A stretch of 64,000 bases of DNA from Longimicrobiales bacterium (GTDB lineage Bacteria; Gemmatimonadota; Gemmatimonadetes; Longimicrobiales; Gaopeijiaceae). The notes beneath the pieces were generated by a model. It ran no database searches. It had not been told where the DNA came from and worked only from the letters and a program-made list of their open reading frames with translations. This document shows positions 9,366-18,642 of this stretch, piece by piece (position 1 is the stretch's first letter; each line of letters begins with the position of its first letter). The position numbers and the translations under genes are program-made. The stretch spans positions 1,856,001 to 1,920,000 of the forward strand of contig CBDFMQ010000002.1 of the NCBI GenBank assembly GCA_965249725.1. The letters are read 5' to 3'.

Positions 9366-11256
9366 CGCACATCAGGTCGCGGAGCGCCTGAACGCTCCGC
9401 CGTCTTCCGATCCCCCGGGTCCGACGGACCCACTTGCGGTCTATGGCCGCCGAGAGGCCGAAGCCACAGCAGCGGCGAGTCACTGGCACGTGCGCTCCGA
9501 CGCACTGGCACAGCAGCGGATGTGGGTGTTTCTCCTGGCGGCCGCTGCCTTCGTATTCTACGCCTTCGCCACCGACGCCAAGCCGCTCATCTCCGGGATC
9601 GGGCTGATCTTCGTGGTCCCCTTCGTCGTCCTCGTGGTCCGGCATCGCCGAGCCCGGATCAGGGAGCGGTGGTATTCCGAGCTGGCGCAGGTGGCCCATG
9701 AGGCCCGCTGTCGCCGGCTCCGATACTGGGATGGGCTGGAGCAGCCCGAGCCGACGGCCCCGGAGGACCATGCCTATGCCGACGATCTGGACGTCTTCGG
9801 GCACGCGTCCCTGTACACGCTGCTCGGCACGACCGCCACGCGTCCCGGCGCCGATACGGTCGTCGATTGGCTCCTGGCCCCCGCCTCGGCAGATACGATT
9901 CGCGAGCGTCAGGCCGCCGTGCGCGAGCTGACCCCGGCCATCGAGTTCCGGGACGAGCTGCATGCCGCTGGACGGATCGCCGGTCCCGTCGAGATGGAGG
10001 AGATCGCTGAACTCCTCGAATGGGCCGAGGCTCCGACCTGGCTCGTCCAGATCCGCATCCTCACCTGGGCGGCCCTGATTCTGCCCCTGGCCACGGTGGT
10101 CACATCGGGCCTCCACATCGCCGGAATGACGCCCTTCCTTTGGATCGTTCCGACGGGTGTCACGCTGTGGTTGCTGCGGCGTCACCATGAACGCATCCAC
10201 GCAGATTTCGCCCACGCCTCGAACGGCGAGACCGGCCTGCGGCGGTACCACGAACTCATCAAACGTATTGCCAACGAGCGGTTCGAGGCCTCCCTGCTCA
10301 CCGAACACCAGAAGAGCCTGACCCCGAATGGCCAAACCGCCACCGACGCCCTGGTCGGCCTCTTCCGACTCATGGAGATGTCGGATCTGCGGTTCAACGG
10401 GCAGATGCACCTGCCGGTCAATCTCCTGACGCTCTGGGACGTCCACGTCCTCGTGAGAATGGAGCGCTGGAAGAAGAGGCACGGCGGGAGCCTGCGCGGT
10501 TGGATGGAGGCGCTGGGGCGGGTCGACGCGCTCTCGGCCCTGGCCGGATTGGCCCACTGCCACCCGGATTGGGCCTTTCCCGAGGTCGGCAGGACCGACT
10601 CGAGGACGCTGGTCGCCGAGGGGTTGGGCCACCCACTGCTCGAGCCCGAGACGGCCGTGCGAAACGACGTAGAGGTCGGCCCGCCGGGGAGCCTCCTTCT
10701 GGTCACGGGCTCCAACATGTCCGGAAAGAGCACCCTGCTCAGGGCGATCGGCGCCAACGTGGTGCTGGCCTCTGCCGGGGGACCTGTGTGTGCGACGTCC
10801 ATGCGCCTTCCCACCGTCGACCTTCGCACCAGCATGCGCATCCGGGACTCCCTCGAGGGAGGGATCTCGTACTTCATGGCCGAGCTCCGGCGACTGAAGT
10901 CCGTGGCCGAGGCAGCGTCGAGGGCCGAGGAGGTTCCGGTGCTCTACCTCCTGGATGAAATCCTTCAGGGCACGAACACGGCCGAACGGCAAATCGCCGC
11001 CCGCCGCATCCTCCGCCATCTCTTGGACGAGGATGCGTTCGGAGCCGTGACGACGCACGACCTCACGCTGGCCGACGCACCCGACCTGCGAGAACGGGCC
11101 GTCTTCGTCCACCTCAGGGAGTCGCTGGAGGAGCGCGAAGGGGGCCCGCCCATCACCTTCGACTACAAGCTCAGACCGGGAACCGCCACCTCCACCAACG
11201 CCATCCGGCTCATGGAGATCATGGGGTTCACGAAGGTGGACGACGACGCGTTGTGA
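9355..11256 (+). CDS. Membrane-anchored MutS-family ATPase (domain V only)
   Basis: TGSNMSGKSTLLR, SYFMAELRRL, LDEILQGTN, TTHDL; N-terminal TM segments. Confidence 0.85.
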   Translation: MDPDAHQVAERLNAPPSSDPPGPTDPLAVYGRREAEATAAASHWHVRSDALAQQRMWVFLLAAAAFVFYAFATDAKPLISGIGLIFVVPFVVLVVRHRRARIRERWYSELAQVAHEARCRRLRYWDGLEQPEPTAPEDHAYADDLDVFGHASLYTLLGTTATRPGADTVVDWLLAPASADTIRERQAAVRELTPAIEFRDELHAAGRIAGPVEMEEIAELLEWAEAPTWLVQIRILTWAALILPLATVVTSGLHIAGMTPFLWIVPTGVTLWLLRRHHERIHADFAHASNGETGLRRYHELIKRIANERFEASLLTEHQKSLTPNGQTATDALVGLFRLMEMSDLRFNGQMHLPVNLLTLWDVHVLVRMERWKKRHGGSLRGWMEALGRVDALSALAGLAHCHPDWAFPEVGRTDSRTLVAEGLGHPLLEPETAVRNDVEVGPPGSLLLVTGSNMSGKSTLLRAIGANVVLASAGGPVCATSMRLPTVDLRTSMRIRDSLEGGISYFMAELRRLKSVAEAASRAEEVPVLYLLDEILQGTNTAERQIAARRILRHLLDEDAFGAVTTHDLTLADAPDLRERAVFVHLRESLEEREGGPPITFDYKLRPGTATSTNAIRLMEIMGFTKVDDDAL

Positions 11257-11332
11257 TGGCCCTTCGCCCGGTGTAGGTTAGGGGCTCAATTTTCGGCACC
11301 CCCACCCGGCACAGCCGTTCCAGCAAGCATAG

Positions 11333-13846
11333 ATGAGTAGCGATGGAACCGACGGCTACGCGCCGTCCGAGGTAGAGGTCAAGTGGCAGGACCGGTGGGA
11401 GAAGCTCGGCACCAACGGCTTCACCCTCGAGGCCCTCCAGACCACTGAGGATCCCTACTACCAGTTGATGATGTTCCCCTACCCCTCGGCCGAGGGGCTC
11501 CACGTGGGCAACATCTACGCGTTCACCGGCGCGGACGTACACGGCCGCTACCAGCGTCTGACCGGCAAACAGGTTTTCGAACCCATGGGGTTCGATGCGT
11601 TCGGCATCCACTCGGAGAACTTCGCCCTCAAGCAGGGCGTCAATCCGATGGACCTCATCCCGAAGAACGTCGCCAACTTCACGAGGCAGCTGAGGCGGGT
11701 TGGCGGGATGTTCGACTGGAACCACATCGTCGACACCACCGATCCGGCGTACTACCGCTGGACCCAGTGGATCTTCATCCAGCTGTTCAACGCGGGCCTG
11801 GCCGAGCGCAAAGAGGCACCGGTCAACTGGTGCCCTTCATGCATGACGGTGTTGGCCAACGAGCAGGTGATCTCGGGGCGCTGCGAGCGCTGTGACACCG
11901 CGGTCGAGCAGAGGCGGATCGCTCAGTGGTTCTTCAGGATCACGGATTACGTGGAACGGCTGCTGGACAACCTCGAGGGGATGGACTGGTCGGAGACGAC
12001 CAAGAAGGCCCAGCACAACTGGATCGGCAGGAGCGAGGGCGCCATCCTGCGCTTCCTGATCCTGCCCCCGGACGGAGTGACCGGCCTCGATTCCCCCCAG
12101 CCGACCGTGGACCCGTCGGCGATTCCGGCCGAAGGGGAGCCCATCGACGTCTTCACGACCCGGCCGGACACCGTATTCGGTGCCACCTACATGGTGCTCT
12201 CCCCCGAGCATCCTCTGGTGGACGAGGTCACCGGTGCCGATCAGACCGAAACAGTCGCGGCCTACCGGGAGCAGGCTTCGGCGAAGGATTTGGTCGCCCG
12301 ACAGAAGGTCGAGAAGGAGAAGACGGGCGTCTTCACGGGGGGTCACTGCCTGAACCCCGCGACAGGCCTCCCCATTCCCATCTGGGTCGCCGACTACGTG
12401 CTCATGGAGTACGGGACCGGCGCGATCATGGCGGTGCCCGGCCACGATGAGCGGGATTTCGACTTCGCCAAGGCGATGGATCTCCCGATCCGACGCGTGG
12501 TGGCAGGCCCCGGAGACGAGGCCGAGACCCCGCTGGACGAAGCCTATGTGGGCGACGGCACGCTGGTGAACTCCGTACACTTCGACGGGCTTCCCGTGGC
12601 CGAGAGCAAGAAGGTCGTCGCCGGCTGGCTCTCTGAGCGCGATCTGGGCGAGACCAAGGTGAACTACCGACTGCACGACTGGTGCATTTCCCGGCAGCGG
12701 TACTGGGGTCCGCCGATTCCGATCATCCACTGCGAAGCGTGTGGTGCGATACCGGTGCCCGAATCCGATCTCCCCGTGGTGCTCCCCAGGGTGGACGACT
12801 TCAAGCCCGACGACTCCGGCGTGAGCCCCCTGGCCCGCGTTGAGGAGTGGTACCAGATCGACTGTCCCGAATGCGGGGCAGAGGCGCGTCGGGAGACCGA
12901 CGTCTCGGACACGTTCCTGGACAGCTCCTGGTACTTCATGCGCTACCCGTCCACGGACTTCGACGACGTTCCCTTCGACGCCGACATCACGAAGCGTTGG
13001 CTACCGGTGGACTGCTACATCGGAGGCAACGAGCACGCGGTCCTGCATCTGCTCTACTCGCGCTTCATCACCATGGCCCTCCATGACCTGGGCCACCTGG
13101 ACTTCGAGGAGCCCTACAAGCGCTTCCGCGCCCACGGAATGATCATCCGCGAGGGCGCCAAGATGTCGAAGAGCAAAGGCAACGTGATCGTGCCGGACGA
13201 GATCATCGAGCGGTACGGCGCCGACACCTTCCGGACGTACCTGATGTTCCTGGGCCCGTACGAAGAAGGCGGGGACTACCAGGACGAGGGCATCCAAGGG
13301 CCACACGGCTTCCTGCATCGCCTGCACGAGACGGTGATGGCCGCCGTCGACAGCGACGCGGAGACCGATCCCGACGTCGAGCGGAAGCTCCACCAGACGA
13401 TTCGTCAGGTCACACAGCAGCTTCCCGAGCTGGGCTACAACACCAGCATCGCTGCGATGATGGAGTATCTGAACGCCGTTCGCACAGGCGGACGGACGGC
13501 GGCGAGGGCAGAGGTCGAGCCCTTGGTCGTTTTGGTGGCTCCTTTCGCGCCCCACCTGGCTGAGGAGCTTTGGGAAGCCCTGGGGCACGAGGGTGGCGTA
13601 TTCGCCGGTGCCAACTGGCCCTCGTACGACGAAGACAAGACCCGCTCGACTTCGGTCCAGTTGGCCGTGCAGGTGAACGGGAAGCTCCGCGCGACCGTCC
13701 AGGGTCCCGCCGACATCGATCAAGAAGCCGCTGAAGCGCTCGCCCGTTCGGACGAGAACGTCGCGCGGTACCTGGAAGGTGCCACCGTGAGACGGGTCAT
13801 CTACGTGGCCAACCGTCTCGTAAACTTCGTAGTGGAGACTGCCTGA
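11333..13846 (+). CDS. leuS: Leucine--tRNA ligase
   Basis: MFPYPS..LHVGN (HIGH), FTTRPDT, DWCISRQRYWG, KMSKS. Confidence 0.97.
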   Translation: MSSDGTDGYAPSEVEVKWQDRWEKLGTNGFTLEALQTTEDPYYQLMMFPYPSAEGLHVGNIYAFTGADVHGRYQRLTGKQVFEPMGFDAFGIHSENFALKQGVNPMDLIPKNVANFTRQLRRVGGMFDWNHIVDTTDPAYYRWTQWIFIQLFNAGLAERKEAPVNWCPSCMTVLANEQVISGRCERCDTAVEQRRIAQWFFRITDYVERLLDNLEGMDWSETTKKAQHNWIGRSEGAILRFLILPPDGVTGLDSPQPTVDPSAIPAEGEPIDVFTTRPDTVFGATYMVLSPEHPLVDEVTGADQTETVAAYREQASAKDLVARQKVEKEKTGVFTGGHCLNPATGLPIPIWVADYVLMEYGTGAIMAVPGHDERDFDFAKAMDLPIRRVVAGPGDEAETPLDEAYVGDGTLVNSVHFDGLPVAESKKVVAGWLSERDLGETKVNYRLHDWCISRQRYWGPPIPIIHCEACGAIPVPESDLPVVLPRVDDFKPDDSGVSPLARVEEWYQIDCPECGAEARRETDVSDTFLDSSWYFMRYPSTDFDDVPFDADITKRWLPVDCYIGGNEHAVLHLLYSRFITMALHDLGHLDFEEPYKRFRAHGMIIREGAKMSKSKGNVIVPDEIIERYGADTFRTYLMFLGPYEEGGDYQDEGIQGPHGFLHRLHETVMAAVDSDAETDPDVERKLHQTIRQVTQQLPELGYNTSIAAMMEYLNAVRTGGRTAARAEVEPLVVLVAPFAPHLAEELWEALGHEGGVFAGANWPSYDEDKTRSTSVQLAVQVNGKLRATVQGPADIDQEAAEALARSDENVARYLEGATVRRVIYVANRLVNFVVETA

Positions 13847-15954
13847 TGGCCGATTCCCCCACCGAGGCTTCAACCACCGAGGCTTCAACCACCGGGGCTT
13901 CAACCACCGGGGGTTCACCCACGGGTCGTTCACCCGAGCTGGATCAACTGTGCATCGACGCGGTCAGGGTCCTTTCCATGGACGCCGTGCAGCAGGCCAA
14001 GTCGGGCCATCCGGGCACACCCATGGCGCTCGCGCCACTCGGATACCTGCTGTGGACCCAGCACATGAGACACAACCCGGCGAACCCCGGGTGGCTGGAC
14101 CGGGACCGCTTCGTGCTCTCGGTGGGTCACGCTTCCATGCTGATCTACTCGCTGCTGCACCTGACGGGGTACGATCTCCCCAAAGAAGAGATCGTCAACT
14201 TCCGGCAGTGGGGCTCACTGACTCCCGGCCATCCCGAAGTGGGACACACCCCGGGCGTGGAGACCACCACAGGCCCCCTGGGGCAGGGCGTGGCGAACTC
14301 GGTGGGCATGGCCCTGGCCGAGCGTTGGCTGTCGGCCCGCTTCAACCGACCCGGTCACGAGGTGGTGGATCACTACACCTATGCCCTTTGCTCGGACGGC
14401 GACCTCATGGAGGGCATTTCCCATGAGGTGGCCGAGCTGGCGGGGCATCAGAAGCTCGGCAAGCTCATCTGGATCTTCGACAACAACCGCATCACCATCG
14501 AGGGCGGTACGGACCTCAGCACGTCGACCGACCAGGCCCACCGCTTCAGCGGGTATCAGTGGCACGTCCTGCACGTGGAGGACGGCACGGATCTCTCGAC
14601 CCTGGACCAGGCCCTCGAGGCCGCACGTGCCGAAACCGACCGACCCACCTTGATCGTCATGCGCACCCGCATCGCCGAAGGCAGTCCCAACAAGGTCGAC
14701 CTCGCCGCCGCACACGGAGCGCCCCTCGGCGCCGACGAGATTACCGCGACGAAGGAGAACATCGCCTACCCGTCGCAGGAGCCGTTCTACGTGGATCCGG
14801 ACGCCCTGGATGCGTGGCGAGAGACCACCGCGCGGGGCCAGGGCCTGGAAGAGGACTGGAACGATCGTTTCTTGGCGTACCGCGACGCCCACCCGGAACT
14901 CGCGGACGAGTTCGTGGGCATGATGGGAGGAGACCTGCCGTCCGGATGGGATGCAGAGGTGCCCGACTTCGAGCACGTCGAAAACGCGGACGCCACCAGG
15001 AACTGGTCAGGCAAGGTGCTACAGGGGCTGGCCGCCGGGCTGCCCAACCTGATCGGCGGCTCGGCCGACCTCGGGTCGTCGAACAAGACCGATATCTCAG
15101 GGGGCCGCGATCTCCTGGCCGACGCCCCGGATGGTCGCGTCATCCACTTCGGTATTCGTGAGCACGGCATGGGGGGCATCCTGAACGGGCTGGCCCTCCA
15201 CGGAGGCATCCGGCCCTTCGCCGGGACCTTCCTGATCTTCTCCGACTACATGCGCCCCTCGATCCGGCTGGCGGGGCTCATGGGCCTGCCCGTGACCTAT
15301 GTGTTCACACACGACTCCATCGGGCTGGGTGAGGACGGACCTACGCATCAGCCCATCGAACAGATGATGACGCTCAGGGCCATCCCCAACGTCGTGGATT
15401 TCCGGCCCGCAGACGCAGCCGAGACGGTCGTGGGATGGCGAGTCGCGATGGAACGTACCGACGGCCCCACGTTCCTGGCCCTCACCCGGCAGGGGGTCCC
15501 GGCCCTGGATCGGACCGAGCTCGCCTCGTCCGAGGGAGCCCGCCGGGGCGCATACGTCCTCGCCGAGGCGACGGACGGGACGGCCGAGGTCACGGTTATC
15601 GCGAGCGGTTCCGAAGTGGGTACCGCGCTGGAGGCCCGGAACCAACTACAGGCCGAAGGCACCCCGACGCGCGTCGTGAGCATGCCGAGCTGGCGCCTCT
15701 TCGAGCAGCAGGATCAGGAGTACCGGGACCAGGTTCTCCCACCGGACCAGCCTCTGCGCATAGGCGTGGAAGCAGGCTCCACTTTCGGGTGGGCACGATG
15801 GGTGGGCAGTGGCGGCGGCGCGGTGGGCATCGACCACTTCGGCGCGTCGGCCCCCTCCGAGGTCCTGTACGAGCGCTTCGGCGTCACCGCGGAAGAGGTC
15901 GTGTCTCTGGCGCACTCCCTGCGTTGCCAGGTCAGCGGAGCCGTACAGGCCTGA
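13846..15954 (+). CDS. tkt: Transketolase
   Basis: SGHPG, TTGPLGQG, DGDLMEG, THDSIGLGEDGPTHQP. Confidence 0.97.
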   Translation: MADSPTEASTTEASTTGASTTGGSPTGRSPELDQLCIDAVRVLSMDAVQQAKSGHPGTPMALAPLGYLLWTQHMRHNPANPGWLDRDRFVLSVGHASMLIYSLLHLTGYDLPKEEIVNFRQWGSLTPGHPEVGHTPGVETTTGPLGQGVANSVGMALAERWLSARFNRPGHEVVDHYTYALCSDGDLMEGISHEVAELAGHQKLGKLIWIFDNNRITIEGGTDLSTSTDQAHRFSGYQWHVLHVEDGTDLSTLDQALEAARAETDRPTLIVMRTRIAEGSPNKVDLAAAHGAPLGADEITATKENIAYPSQEPFYVDPDALDAWRETTARGQGLEEDWNDRFLAYRDAHPELADEFVGMMGGDLPSGWDAEVPDFEHVENADATRNWSGKVLQGLAAGLPNLIGGSADLGSSNKTDISGGRDLLADAPDGRVIHFGIREHGMGGILNGLALHGGIRPFAGTFLIFSDYMRPSIRLAGLMGLPVTYVFTHDSIGLGEDGPTHQPIEQMMTLRAIPNVVDFRPADAAETVVGWRVAMERTDGPTFLALTRQGVPALDRTELASSEGARRGAYVLAEATDGTAEVTVIASGSEVGTALEARNQLQAEGTPTRVVSMPSWRLFEQQDQEYRDQVLPPDQPLRIGVEAGSTFGWARWVGSGGGAVGIDHFGASAPSEVLYERFGVTAEEVVSLAHSLRCQVSGAVQA
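13861..13935 (+). repeat. Five degenerate 15-bp tandem repeats (ACCGRGGCTTCAACC) in the tkt N-terminus
   Basis: Read directly; encodes TEAST TEAST TGAST TGGSP TGRSP. Confidence 0.85.
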
Positions 15955-16002
15955 GGCGAGGACCGCTCCCAGACCACCCTGGAGTCTCACCGCGGCGAGG
16001 TC

Positions 16003-16347
16003 GTGATCCTGAACTTCTGGGCGAGCTGGTGCGGCCCGTGTCGGCGCGAGATGCCGCTGTTGGATGCCTTCTCGAAGGAACTAGAGGGTCGCGGGGCCGT
16101 CGTGATCGGCCTCAATGAAGACCCAGACGCCGATGACGCCTTGTCGTTCATCGAGGAGATAGGCGGCGTGAGCTACGGCCATGCGCAGGGCGGCGGACGA
16201 CTCCGGTCCCGCTACAACTACCGCGGCCTACCGTATACGGTCGTGTTGGATCGTGACCTGAGAGTGATCCGTGGATTCTACGGGTTCGGGTCTTCCATCG
16301 ACCCGATCAAGCAGGCGGTGGAGCGGGAGTTGGCCGCCGGAGGCTAG
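16003..16347 (+). CDS. TlpA-like thioredoxin-fold disulfide reductase, N-terminally short
   Basis: [25 protein letters not shown]. Confidence 0.75.
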   Translation: MILNFWASWCGPCRREMPLLDAFSKELEGRGAVVIGLNEDPDADDALSFIEEIGGVSYGHAQGGGRLRSRYNYRGLPYTVVLDRDLRVIRGFYGFGSSIDPIKQAVERELAAGG

Positions 16348-17129
16348 TCTTCGAGCGAGGAGGCTCTCGCCAACTCCATGAGGCGATCCGGCGCCACCTC
16401 ACCGACCAGGGCCTGCTCGATCTGAGGTGTGGCCCAGGTGATCACCGACGGTCCAGGGGCACCGCTCGCAGCGAACTGAGACGAAAAGGCCGGTGCCCGC
16501 GGCGATGTTCCCGACTTGGGAACGACGTAGTGTGAGATCTCCCGGCCGTCCTCCACGTAGCTGATCATGGCTCCCCGCCGCCCGTCCAACAGGCAGATCT
16601 CAGCTCCCGCGAGCCGCAGCCCCTCGACCTGCATGGGCGTGACCGAGAGTCCCAACTCGCGGGTCAGGAAGCGGCTGATCTCGTTGGCGTCGGAGGTGAC
16701 GATGCGATCCTCTCCTACGGCCCGTCGCAGATAGTCCTCTACGAACAGCCCAGCCTCTTCCTGCGGAGCCGCACGCTCCATGAACGTGCTCCCCAACCCG
16801 ACGACGAACAGCGCGGCGATCGACGAGGCGGCGGCGAGGGCCCACCGCTTTCGGTTACCACCCCAGCGAGTGGGAAGAACAGCATCCGGCACGCCGAGGC
16901 CCCGTGCCCGTTCGCGGGCGAGAGAGTCGAATACGCGTTCGCGTACCACCCGCGGCGTCTTCTCGCGACTCGCCCGGTCATACACATCGAGCAGCCGCCG
17001 GTCTTGGTCGAAGTAGTCCCGGCAGGCCTGGCAGACCTCGACGTGCTGCCGTGCATCCAGGACGGGTGTACCGGCCAGACGCGGTTTTTCGGGTGGCCAG
17101 AGGGCGTGTCTGGCTTCAGTGCAGTCCAT
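16344..17129 (-). CDS. Zinc-binding anti-sigma factor (ZAS/zf-HC2) with a TM helix
   Basis: MDCTEAR...HVEVCQAC (HxxxCxxC), one TM segment, adjacent to a sigma-like gene. Confidence 0.75.
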   Translation of the reverse strand: MDCTEARHALWPPEKPRLAGTPVLDARQHVEVCQACRDYFDQDRRLLDVYDRASREKTPRVVRERVFDSLARERARGLGVPDAVLPTRWGGNRKRWALAAASSIAALFVVGLGSTFMERAAPQEEAGLFVEDYLRRAVGEDRIVTSDANEISRFLTRELGLSVTPMQVEGLRLAGAEICLLDGRRGAMISYVEDGREISHYVVPKSGTSPRAPAFSSQFAASGAPGPSVITWATPQIEQALVGEVAPDRLMELARASSLED

Positions 17130-17137
17130 GCTTCCCA

Positions 17138-17647
17138 CTACATCAAATCTCCGTTGGTACCGTCCCGCTCCTTCGGCCCGCGAAGGACCGCGGAGACGAG
17201 CAGGTGTCGGTAGCGAAGGAGGTCCTTCAAGGCATCCAACTCGATACCGAGGAGCGACGAGGCCTCGGAGTACTTCCATCTTCGGAGCAGCACCAGCCAA
17301 AGCGCCGCACGCGCCTGTGGAGGAACGCTCCCCGCCGCGGTGTACAGCGCGAGGGGATCCACCTTCACCCCTCCCCCGAGCGACGGAGCAGGCAGGGCCA
17401 CTTCTTCGATCGCGTGATCGGATCCGGCTTCGGGGATCGCGGACAGGTACCCCTGTACCAATCGGCCTTCGAGCCACTGCGCGGCGTCGGTCCCGTCCTC
17501 CACCCTGCGGAACGCGTGGAACGAGTTGGTCAACGTGCTCAGCAGAAGGTCCTCCGCAGCCTGATCCTCGCCGGCCTTGAGAAAGAGCGCCCCTTGGTAG
17601 AGGCGGTCGATCTCCTGACTGGCAAGCTCTTCGAAGGTCCTGTGCAT
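17138..17647 (-). CDS. ECF sigma-factor-like protein (divergent)
   Basis: LYQGALFL..DQAAEDLL (region 2-like) and KYSEASSLLGI (region 4-like); upstream of the anti-sigma gene. Confidence 0.6.
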   Translation of the reverse strand: MHRTFEELASQEIDRLYQGALFLKAGEDQAAEDLLLSTLTNSFHAFRRVEDGTDAAQWLEGRLVQGYLSAIPEAGSDHAIEEVALPAPSLGGGVKVDPLALYTAAGSVPPQARAALWLVLLRRWKYSEASSLLGIELDALKDLLRYRHLLVSAVLRGPKERDGTNGDLM

Positions 17648-17828
17648 CGGCTCTTTCCCAATAGAACGGCGGAGCCCTTTGCTCTGCCCTCACATGGAAT
17701 ACATCCGACTCGGAAAAGGTTCACGATAAGCGCAACGACCCGACCGTACCCCCAGTCGGAGATCCTTGCGCGGCCCCGCCCGGGCGGGCAACCGTTCAGG
17801 GAACGAGCCACCCCAGAACGGACTATGC

Positions 17829-18599
17829 GTGCCGCACATCGCCGAGGATGATCCCCGATTTCCGCCGAATCTGGCGCCCGACGAGCTCCGTCGTGCCACG
17901 CTCTCGGCCACCGGCACGATCCGGGAGACAGGCGAAGAATTCCCTTATGTGGTCCGGTTCTTGGACCCCAATGACATCGAGCAACTGCTGGTGCTGCACC
18001 ACGAGGTGCTCGACAGCATGCCCGAGCCGCTGCTTCTCTACGAACGGGACCACGACTTCTACCATCGGTGCCTGACCGAGGCAGGTGGGATCGTGGCCGC
18101 GTTCCGTGACGAAGCAATGATCGGCTACGCGACGCTCTTCACACCCGGCCCGGAGGAAGAGAACTACGGCGTCTTCCTCGATCTGAACGACGAGGACCTG
18201 ACGCACGTCGGCCACCTCGCCGGATCCGCGGTCCATCCGTACTACCGCGGAAGCCGGATCCAGCGGATCCTGGTCGAGCTGCGTGGCCTGTACGCTCACC
18301 GGACCGGATTCCACCATCTCTGCGGAGAGGTCTTGCCCGGCAACACGGTCAGCATCGTGAATCACCTGGCCGAGGGGTACTTCTTGGCCGGCTTCCGCAT
18401 CGACAAGTACGGCCTGCCCTGCTTCATCCTGCACAAGGACATGCGCCGCCAGCCCGCCCTGGCCGAGGAAGAGGGGATCGAGGAGCTGCCTCTACTCGAC
18501 TTCGACGGCTACCAGGCGATGATGCGGGAGGGACGATGGGGGTTCGAGGTGGTGAACCAAGAGGGCGAATGGCATATTCGCTTCGGTTTCTTCCGGTAG
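17829..18599 (+). CDS. GNAT-fold acetyltransferase-like protein; start uncertain
   Basis: AVHPYYRGSRIQ acetyl-CoA motif A; N..S....GY motif B. Confidence 0.65.
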   Translation: MPHIAEDDPRFPPNLAPDELRRATLSATGTIRETGEEFPYVVRFLDPNDIEQLLVLHHEVLDSMPEPLLLYERDHDFYHRCLTEAGGIVAAFRDEAMIGYATLFTPGPEEENYGVFLDLNDEDLTHVGHLAGSAVHPYYRGSRIQRILVELRGLYAHRTGFHHLCGEVLPGNTVSIVNHLAEGYFLAGFRIDKYGLPCFILHKDMRRQPALAEEEGIEELPLLDFDGYQAMMREGRWGFEVVNQEGEWHIRFGFFR

Positions 18600-18642
18600 G
18601 CCCACCCTAGCCACGCGACTCTAGACAGCCCAGGTCTTACGA

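Noticed and set aside
15952..15954. Selenocysteine read-through at the tkt TGA
   Set aside because: The TGA is not at a catalytic Cys position (the CxxC is intact downstream), and I could not recognise a SECIS element.
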